NCBI GenBank assembly: GCA_038211295.1
Contig: JBBQVS010000029.1
Coordinates: 8,621 to 32,620 of the forward strand
DNA length: 24,000 nucleotides
Reading direction: 5' to 3'
Origin: Ktedonobacterales bacterium
GTDB taxonomy: Bacteria; Chloroflexota; Ktedonobacteria; Ktedonobacterales; Ktedonobacteraceae
Shown: in pieces, positions 14,722 through 24,000 of the stretch
Numbering within the stretch: the first letter of the stretch is position 1
Layout of the letters: each line of letters starts with the position of its first letter
The notes under the pieces: model-generated
Databases searched by the model: none
What the model saw: only the letters and a program-made list of their open reading frames with translations
What the model was told of the DNA's origin: nothing
Program-made: the position numbers and the translations under genes

Positions 14722-16770
14722 CTACGCTGCGACTTTCTTATGTTTGGCTACAATCTCCTGTTGTACGTTGGCGGGGACTTCCGCGTATTGAGCAAACACC
14801 ATTGAAAAAGAGCCGCGCCCCTGTGAGATAGAACGCAGATCAGTCGCGTAGTGTAACATCTCTGCATGTGGCACAAGTGCCGTGATCTCCTGCATACTAT
14901 CGCCAAGCGCATCCATACCCAGTACATGTCCACGTTTTGTATTAAGGTCGCTCATCACGTCGCCCATATTGTGTTCCGGCACAGTAATGGTGACGTTCAT
15001 GATTGGCTCCAGTAACACTGGATTTGCCATCTGCACCGCCTCTTGCATTCCAAGCGACGCGGCGACCTCGAACGATTGTGCTGACGAGTCAACCGGATGA
15101 TACTTGCCATCGACAACCGCTACTTTGACATAGAGCATCGGATTGCCGGAGAGAAAGCCCTTCTTGAGCGACTCGCGTACACCTTTTTCGACGCCGGGAA
15201 TATATTGACCTGGCACTACACCACCGACGATTTTATCTTCAAAGATGAAAAGCTGTTCGCTATCTCGTGGCAGAGGTTCGATTTCTAGCCATACATCGCC
15301 AAACTGTCCGTGACCACCACTCTGCCGTTTGTGACGACCATTCGCGCGTGCTTTGTTGCGAATCGTCTCACGATAGATGATGCGCGGGTCACGGGTTACG
15401 AGATCGACGCCATATTTGCGTTTGATGCCCTCAACAATAATCTGTAGATGCGACTCACTCATACCTGATAATAAGACTTCGGCGGTTTCGGGGTCGCGTG
15501 CAACACGCAGAGTACGGTCTTCCTCAACGATGCGTGCGAGCGCGTTTCCCATTTTGTCGAGATCTGCTTGGCTGCGTGCAATAACCGCCACGGTGTGACA
15601 TGGTTGTGGGAACGCAATGATTGTGAGAGGCGTGGTTGCATCTTTACTGCCCGTCAGGGTATCTCCTGTATGAGTGTTGGTGAGTTTTGTGACGGCTCCA
15701 ATATCGCCTGTAGGAATTTCAGTCGCATTCTCCTGTGTTTTTCCGCGTGCCATAATGAGTTGTCCCAGGCGTTCATCAGTTTTTGTTTGTACGTTGTAGA
15801 CGCGACAATCCGGTTTGACTGTACCGCTATAGACGCGGAATGTAGAGATTGTGCCAACCTGTGCGGCGGTTGTTTTGAAGATGAAGAGGGCGAGCGCATT
15901 GCCAAAGGCTTTTGCTTCCTCACATGGGGCATCAGCGGCACTCGGCAGATAGTCCACGATGGCGTTGAGTAGTGTTTGTACGCCGATATTCTTGCACGCG
16001 GAGCCGCACAATACCGGAAACATTAGACCCGCACATGTGCTTTTTTTGACAACGGAAAGAACCTCTTCATCGCTCAGCTCCTCGCCTTCCAGAAACTTCT
16101 CCATAAGCGTATCGTCACTCTCAACCGCACACTCAAGCAGTTGTTCGCGGTAGAGGTTCATGCGTTCTTTGAGGTCGTTTGGAACAGCAATCTCTTGTAC
16201 CTTATTGCCGCCCTCGAAGGTGTAGCCTTTGCGTGTGACAAGATCGACCACGCCCTTGAAATGTAGTTGTTCACCAATAGGAATTTGCAGAGGAACAATT
16301 TTTGAACCGAACTTCATGCGTAGCGAATTTAACGCTTGCTCGAAAGAGGTATTTTCGCGATCAAGCTTATTGACAAGGAAAATACGCGGCAGGTTGCGCT
16401 CGTTCGCGTACTGATAGGTGAGTTCAGTGCCAACCTCGACGCCTTTTTCCGCCGTGACCACCATCAGGGCAGCGTCGGCAACGCGCAGACCTGCCTTCAC
16501 CTCGCCCACGAAATCGGCATAACCGGGGGTATCGATGAAGTTAATTTTCGTGTTTTTCCATTCGATGGGAAGCACTTTCGCGTTCAAAGACATCCGTCGT
16601 TTGACTTCATCGGGGTCATAGTCGGAGACGGATGTACCCTCATCGACTTTCCCCTGGCGAGTGACGGCGCCACTATCGAAGAGCGCGGCGTCCACTAGCG
16701 AGGTTTTGCCTGTCCCAACATGTGAAATTAACGCTACATTACGAATCTGTTCCGCACTATACACCTTCAT
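14722..16770 (-). CDS. fusA2: elongation factor G paralogue (EF-G2-like translational GTPase)
   Basis: Five-domain EF-G architecture. G1 is ISHVGTGKTS, G3 is DTPGYADF, G4 is NKLD, G5 is GSACKN. Domain IV carries RQSGGHGQFGDVWLEIEPL and YHPVDSS. Start at 16770 (MKVYSAEQIRNVALISH) with AAGGAG 8 nt upstream, not the ORF-track 16842. Confidence 0.88.
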   Translation of the reverse strand: MKVYSAEQIRNVALISHVGTGKTSLVDAALFDSGAVTRQGKVDEGTSVSDYDPDEVKRRMSLNAKVLPIEWKNTKINFIDTPGYADFVGEVKAGLRVADAALMVVTAEKGVEVGTELTYQYANERNLPRIFLVNKLDRENTSFEQALNSLRMKFGSKIVPLQIPIGEQLHFKGVVDLVTRKGYTFEGGNKVQEIAVPNDLKERMNLYREQLLECAVESDDTLMEKFLEGEELSDEEVLSVVKKSTCAGLMFPVLCGSACKNIGVQTLLNAIVDYLPSAADAPCEEAKAFGNALALFIFKTTAAQVGTISTFRVYSGTVKPDCRVYNVQTKTDERLGQLIMARGKTQENATEIPTGDIGAVTKLTNTHTGDTLTGSKDATTPLTIIAFPQPCHTVAVIARSQADLDKMGNALARIVEEDRTLRVARDPETAEVLLSGMSESHLQIIVEGIKRKYGVDLVTRDPRIIYRETIRNKARANGRHKRQSGGHGQFGDVWLEIEPLPRDSEQLFIFEDKIVGGVVPGQYIPGVEKGVRESLKKGFLSGNPMLYVKVAVVDGKYHPVDSSAQSFEVAASLGMQEAVQMANPVLLEPIMNVTITVPEHNMGDVMSDLNTKRGHVLGMDALGDSMQEITALVPHAEMLHYATDLRSISQGRGSFSMVFAQYAEVPANVQQEIVAKHKKVAA

Positions 16771-17054
16771 AGAAACAACTCCTTCTGAGTTTCTCCACAA
16801 AAGGTAATCTATCCAGACGCCTGGGGGTCTGTCATAGACCACCTATGCGACCACGTGTGTGGTTGGTTCGGTACAGAGATACACATGTGCAACGCACTAT
16901 TCCGGTTCGGTAGGTTTAGTATACCAGCAATAGTGTGATAGTTCAATGTTCCTGCGCCGTTGCTTGTTCAAATACGCCGATACTGGTATACTTGACTGTG
17001 TATTTTTCGTTTCCATAGCATACACAATCAGCAAAGCCAAGAGAGGGCAATACT

Positions 17055-18347
17055 ATGACCGTAGACATAACTGATATCGAAAATATTCTGGCCCAGGAAG
17101 AGACATGGCGACAGACGCAGACAATTAACCTAATCGCCAGTGAAAATACACCAAGTGATGCTGTACGACGCGTTCAAAATTCGGATTTCATGGGTCGTTA
17201 TGCTGAGGGACACCCGAACGAGGGCGACAAGGTAAATCGCTATTATCAAGGGACGCGCTTCATTGACGAGATAGAACGCATGGCGCATGACGAGATTGTC
17301 GCGCTATTTCGCGCTAAGCAAGCGGACGTGCGCCCGATTAGCGGCAATGCTGCTAATACCGCAATCGCGCTTGGTTTCTTGCGTGGTGGAGACACCATTC
17401 TCGCGAACTCAACCGATGGCGGTGGGCATATCAGTCATGGCCCTGTTGGCGTGTTTGGGCGACGCATTCAGAGTCGCGGACAATCGCTCAAACTCGGCGG
17501 CGAAAAGTCGGTAAACCTCCATTATCTTCCTTTGACGACAGACCATTATCACGTTGACGCGGAAAAAACTATTGCGCTGATCGATCAGGTATCGCCGCAG
17601 CTTGTTATCATGGGCAAGAGTCTCTTTTTCTTTCCAGAGCCTGTTTCGCAGGTTGCCGCTTTTTGTAAAACAAAAGGGATTCCTCTCCTCTATGATGGCG
17701 CACACGTACTGGGTTTGATTGCTGGTGGTGAATTTCAAGACCCACTGCATGAGGGTGCTACATGGCTCACTGGCAGTACACACAAGACCTTTCCCGGCCC
17801 ACAACGAGGCGTTATTCTTGGCAATATGGATGAAGAGGATGAGAAGAAATTCTGGACGCCAGCAGACCGTGGCGTTTTCCCCGGTTCTTCAAGCAATCAT
17901 CATCTCAACACCCTGCCCGCGCTGCTTGTTGCTATTCGCGAGATGAGAAAGTACGGAGCGGTATACGTGACCCAGATAGTACGCAATGCTCAGGCGTTGG
18001 GGCAGAGTCTTGATGAGCTGGGGACACCAGTTGAGGCACGCGAGTTTGGCTATACCATGAGTCATATGATTGGCGTCAATGTCGCGCAATTTGGTAGCGG
18101 TGTCGAGATTGCGAAAACGCTGGAACAGAACGACATTATCGTAAACTACAATATGCTCCCAGGCGATATCGACCCGCGCAACCCCTCTGGTTTACGCATC
18201 GGTGTCTCTGAAATGACCCGCTTTGGCATGGACGAACGCGCAATGGGCGAACTGGCTCAACTGATACACGATGCCGTTCGTGGCAAGAACGTCAAAGAGC
18301 AAGTACACGCGCTACGGAGTCGCTACACGACGATGACCTTTGTCTAA
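17055..18347 (+). CDS. glyA: serine hydroxymethyltransferase family PLP enzyme (divergent, archaeal-like)
   Basis: Motifs INLIASEN, RYAEG, RYYQG, GGGHISHG, YDGAHVLG, the PLP-lysine motif GSTHKTFPGPQRG, and PSGLRIG. Confidence 0.82.
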   Translation: MTVDITDIENILAQEETWRQTQTINLIASENTPSDAVRRVQNSDFMGRYAEGHPNEGDKVNRYYQGTRFIDEIERMAHDEIVALFRAKQADVRPISGNAANTAIALGFLRGGDTILANSTDGGGHISHGPVGVFGRRIQSRGQSLKLGGEKSVNLHYLPLTTDHYHVDAEKTIALIDQVSPQLVIMGKSLFFFPEPVSQVAAFCKTKGIPLLYDGAHVLGLIAGGEFQDPLHEGATWLTGSTHKTFPGPQRGVILGNMDEEDEKKFWTPADRGVFPGSSSNHHLNTLPALLVAIREMRKYGAVYVTQIVRNAQALGQSLDELGTPVEAREFGYTMSHMIGVNVAQFGSGVEIAKTLEQNDIIVNYNMLPGDIDPRNPSGLRIGVSEMTRFGMDERAMGELAQLIHDAVRGKNVKEQVHALRSRYTTMTFV

Positions 18348-18360
18348 ACGGTAATTGTGA

Positions 18361-18430
18361 GATGTCAGGAGGAAGTGTCCAGTCAATTCTTTGCGAGATG
18401 ACAATTGATGCTCTACTTCCTCCTGGCATC
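18361..18430 (+). repeat. 70-nt rod-like imperfect inverted repeat just after glyA (candidate terminator or structured RNA)
   Basis: gatgtcaggaggaagt (18361-18376) pairs with acttcctcctggcatc (18415-18430): 16 bp including one G-U pair. An inner 6-bp stem forms between tcaatt (18383-18388) and aattga (18403-18408). The arms carry AGGAGG and CCTCCT. Confidence 0.4.
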
Positions 18431-18608
18431 TTGTAGGTATGGTACTTTAGGAGACCATAAAAGCAGTCTACACATCGTTTGTATAGGACTTTTCGTTTTT
18501 TGAAACTTGTGCTAGTGCTTATACGTGCCTTATCGGTACGTATATATTACGATCGATTTGCAGCGTTTTCTCTGCTGCACCTATGTATTAAGAAAAAGGA
18601 AGTAGAAA

Positions 18609-19730
18609 ATGGGCCGATTTTTAAGAGGAATTTTACTTGGTATCGGTGTCGCGTTATTGGTTGCGCCAATGCGCGGCGAGCAACTGCGCCGTCTGTTAAA
18701 CGAACGTTTGCAGCAACTGCTTGGTTATGTGCCTGAAAAAGCACAACTCAACGAATACACACAGCAGGTTTCGGGACGAGTGTCTCAGACCGCGAGCGAG
18801 CTGAAAGACTACGCCACACAGGCCGCCGCGCAAGTGAAAGATACCGCGAGCAATCTGGGAGCCATCGCGCAACAGGCAGGTGCAAGTACCAAGGATACCG
18901 CGAGTGATATTGGTACAGTCGCGCAACAAGCGGGTTCAGACCTCAAGAGCACGGTAAACAACTTGAGCAGCACTGCCCAGGACGCTGCACAACAAGCCAC
19001 CGCGAAAGTGAAAGACACCGTTAGCACCCTGAGCAGTACCGCGCAGGATGTCGCACAACAGGCTACTACAAAGGCGAAAGACACTGCTAGCACCTTGAGC
19101 ACCGCCGCTCAACAAGCCACCGCGAAGGTTCAGGATACTGCCAGCACCGTAAGCAACACGGTGCAGGACAAGGTACAACAAGCCACCGCGAAGGTTCAGG
19201 ATACTGCCGGCAACATTGCTGATACAACCAAGCAGGCAGCAGTAAAGACACAGCAAAACGTGCAGTCCTCAACATCTGCAACAGTGAATAGTGCTAAGAG
19301 TGCTGTTTCTTCAGTGTCAACCTCTAGCACCGACAATTTGATTGCTACTATTCCAGGTATCGAGCCTGAAATACAGGCAAAGCTTGAGGCGCAGGGAATA
19401 CAAACGACGCCACAACTCTTAGAGCAAACAAATTCAAAAGAAGAACGTGCCATTCTTGCTCAAAAAGCGGAGATGAGCACTCATATGCTCAAGATGCTTG
19501 CTGATCGTGCAGACCTCATGCGTTTACAGGGCGTTACCGCCGATGTTGCTACGCTGCTCGAAGAAGCGGGTGTTGGCGGCACAAAGGACCTGCGCCGTCG
19601 TAATCCTGAGCATCTTTACGCAACACTCTTGGAAGCACAGAGTAGCGGCAAGAGTGCCTACACTACACCAGGGCTTGACCAGATTACTCAGTGGATTGCT
19701 GAAGCAATGGCGATCACAAGCCAGGAGTAG
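18609..19730 (+). CDS. YtxH-like membrane-anchored protein with LEA-like 11-mer repeats and a C-terminal DUF4332 (tandem helix-hairpin-helix) domain
   Basis: N-terminus GILLGIGVALLVAPMRGEQLRRLL is YtxH-like. The middle ~160 aa are 11-residue repeats (AQQATAKVKDT / ASTLSSTAQDV ...). The C-terminus IPGIEPEIQAKLEAQGIQT...LQGVTADVATLLEEAGVGGTKDL fits the DUF4332 pattern. AAGGAAG RBS. Confidence 0.85.
   Translation: MGRFLRGILLGIGVALLVAPMRGEQLRRLLNERLQQLLGYVPEKAQLNEYTQQVSGRVSQTASELKDYATQAAAQVKDTASNLGAIAQQAGASTKDTASDIGTVAQQAGSDLKSTVNNLSSTAQDAAQQATAKVKDTVSTLSSTAQDVAQQATTKAKDTASTLSTAAQQATAKVQDTASTVSNTVQDKVQQATAKVQDTAGNIADTTKQAAVKTQQNVQSSTSATVNSAKSAVSSVSTSSTDNLIATIPGIEPEIQAKLEAQGIQTTPQLLEQTNSKEERAILAQKAEMSTHMLKMLADRADLMRLQGVTADVATLLEEAGVGGTKDLRRRNPEHLYATLLEAQSSGKSAYTTPGLDQITQWIAEAMAITSQE
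18790..19270 (+). repeat. in-frame tandem repeats (33/66-nt periodicity) encoding the LEA-like 11-mers
   Basis: caacaagccaccgcgaaggttcaggatactgcc occurs exactly twice (19110-19142 and 19176-19208), with degenerate copies starting near 18990 and 19056. This repetitiveness explains the long antisense ORFs in the track here. Confidence 0.85.
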
Positions 19731-19746
19731 TTTCTTTATGATAGAT

Positions 19747-19792
19747 AAGAGAGCAGTATTGGATGTTTTACTACATCCAATACTGCTCTCTT
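19747..19792. terminator. 20-bp perfect hairpin between convergent genes (bidirectional terminator candidate)
   Basis: aagagagcagtattggatgt (19747-19766) and acatccaatactgctctctt (19773-19792) are exact reverse complements with a 6-nt loop. The hairpin lies between the stop at 19730 and the stop at 19804. Confidence 0.65.
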
Positions 19793-19803
19793 GTACTTTG
19801 TGC

Positions 19804-22978
<3,175 letters not shown>

Positions 22979-23275
22979 TTATTCTTCTGACAGTGCTTTG
23001 TAATGGAATACTTCGGGCGTACCCACGAACAGACCTGCGATATTGCTACGCCATTGTGGGAAAAGCGGACCACCTCGAAAATCGACGGTATGCGCTTCCA
23101 ATGAAACCCATTCGACGCGCAACATATAGCGTTCAGGTTGCTCAATACAACGCGTTACCGTCGCGGAAATACACCCCGCCTGCTGGCGAATAACCGCTAA
23201 TCCGCGCTGGATACCCATGCCAAGCTCTTTTTCTTTTCCTGGTGCCGCGTTGATTAGTGCAACTTCTGTAACCAT
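22979..23275 (-). CDS. antibiotic biosynthesis monooxygenase (ABM) domain protein
   Basis: 98 aa. The layout is ferredoxin-like ABM: VALINAAPGKEKE...RYMLRVEWVSLEAH.VDFRGGPLF. GTGGAG RBS 7 nt upstream. Confidence 0.75.
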   Translation of the reverse strand: MVTEVALINAAPGKEKELGMGIQRGLAVIRQQAGCISATVTRCIEQPERYMLRVEWVSLEAHTVDFRGGPLFPQWRSNIAGLFVGTPEVFHYKALSEE

Positions 23276-23319
23276 GCTATTGCTCCACTTTCTTTCTATC
23301 CTACCATATTACGAAAAGC

Positions 23320-24000
23320 CTATACGCTGCGCGACTCATTCCAATCGCGTTGAAATGTTTGTTGTAACGTATTCAGCACACTGCTATCCGCGACAAGAAT
23401 GCCTAGTTCGCGATTCTTATCGAGTGATTGTGTCGAAATGTTTTCTGAGCCAACAAATGCTTTCTGTCCGTCAGCAATAATAATTTTCGCGTGCATATAC
23501 AGACGTGGGTCTTCTTTAACCTGTATGCCATTCTGATGAATGGCGTTGATACCCTGACGGTTGCTATCGCTAGAAGAGCCTTTGGCGGAAGGTAGAAGAA
23601 CCTGTACATGCACCCCGCGCTTCCCAGCTCGCACAAGAGCCTGTTCAACACCACTATCTAACATTTCTTCTGCTGCTATGAACAGAGTGTTATGCGCCCC
23701 TTCAATAAGCGTTACGAAAGTATTGCGCGAATTGATCGGACTTACAACCAGGTTGAGGTTTGTGGCTTGTGCTGTTGTATGGTTCCAATCGGAGTTAAAA
23801 AGAGCAATTATATCCTGTACATCTTGTGCATTACTGTCAACAATATCATATTCGCGGTTTGAGGTTCCATATTTGCCACCACTACTACCGCCAAGCGCGG
23901 CACGGGTGAAATTTGAGGTCATGATGTACGCTGTTGTACCGTCAATAATCATGTTTTTTTCGTGTGTCAGTGCGAAACTTGCATTTGTGGCTTGCGCCTG
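23320..24000 (-). CDS. phospholipase D / cardiolipin-synthase-like protein with two HKD motifs; 5' end lies outside the window
   Basis: The frame is open to the window edge. The first HKD motif is HEKNMIIDGTTAYIMTSNF (His codon 23962-23964). The second is HAKIIIADGQKAFVGSENIS. The ORF-track Met at 23952 is internal. Confidence 0.88.
   Translation of the reverse strand, partial: QAQATNASFALTHEKNMIIDGTTAYIMTSNFTRAALGGSSGGKYGTSNREYDIVDSNAQDVQDIIALFNSDWNHTTAQATNLNLVVSPINSRNTFVTLIEGAHNTLFIAAEEMLDSGVEQALVRAGKRGVHVQVLLPSAKGSSSDSNRQGINAIHQNGIQVKEDPRLYMHAKIIIADGQKAFVGSENISTQSLDKNRELGILVADSSVLNTLQQTFQRDWNESRSV

Noticed and set aside
16858-16915. tRNA-like GGTTCGG T-loop strings.
   Set aside because: No acceptor, D or anticodon stems can be drawn around either copy. 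They are a 9-nt direct repeat in a promoter region.
16993-17054. A riboswitch (ZTP, glycine or THF) upstream of the SHMT gene.
   Set aside because: The predicted 5' UTR is only about 30 nt, and none of the conserved cores I remember for these classes is present.
18790-19281. A CRISPR-like or non-coding tandem repeat, and several 60-106-aa antisense ORFs.
   Set aside because: The periodicity is 33/66 nt, in frame, and encodes an amphipathic 11-mer protein repeat with no unique spacers. The antisense ORFs are a by-product of the Ala/Gln/Thr-rich repeat.

Overview
This is 24 kb of mostly core chromosome with tightly packed operons and mid-range GC (judged by eye). No rRNA, tRNA or CRISPR array was seen. 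The gene order looks Terrabacteria-like, possibly Chloroflexota or Firmicutes, but I cannot verify that without a database search.

Left third, + strand: an aroK-aroB fusion (5' end cut by the window), aroQ, an M24 Xaa-Pro peptidase, efp, a BCCP-like gene, xseA, xseB and a YuiD/DUF212 membrane protein. This is a compacted version of the Bacillus yqhS-yqhT-efp ... accB ... xseAB order.

The only clearly accessory DNA is at 6.5-7.8 kb. It is a 1278-bp IS200/IS605-family (IS608-like) element bounded by near-identical subterminal hairpins. It carries a decayed tnpB and, where tnpA would sit, a divergent RHH/CopG-like ORF with one in-frame TGA. The element lies 56 nt upstream of an orphan OmpR-type response regulator, which is followed by a WbpD-like hexapeptide N-acetyltransferase and a DUF4388 protein.

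Next, on the - strand, come a tetR-SMR efflux pair with an apparently leaderless promoter and a 24-bp palindromic operator. After them is an ABC-F ATPase behind a ~309-nt leader that has its own promoter, a 28-codon uORF and a 15-bp hairpin. The rest of the window holds a Lon-N-domain protein, a small basic-tailed hypothetical, an EF-G paralogue, a divergent SHMT and a YtxH/LEA-like/DUF4332 repeat protein. It ends with a - strand operon: PLD(HKD)-ABM-ligA-M19 dipeptidase.

I did not find a convincing multi-gene novel system or a defence-island signature. The most unusual items are:
- a BCCP homologue lacking the biotinyl-lysine and lacking accC
- the RHH gene inside an IS605-type element
- the attenuator-like ABC-F leader
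- EF-P with Arg32
- an EF-G paralogue with the catalytic His replaced by Tyr

All family calls come from motif recognition by eye. No searches were run.
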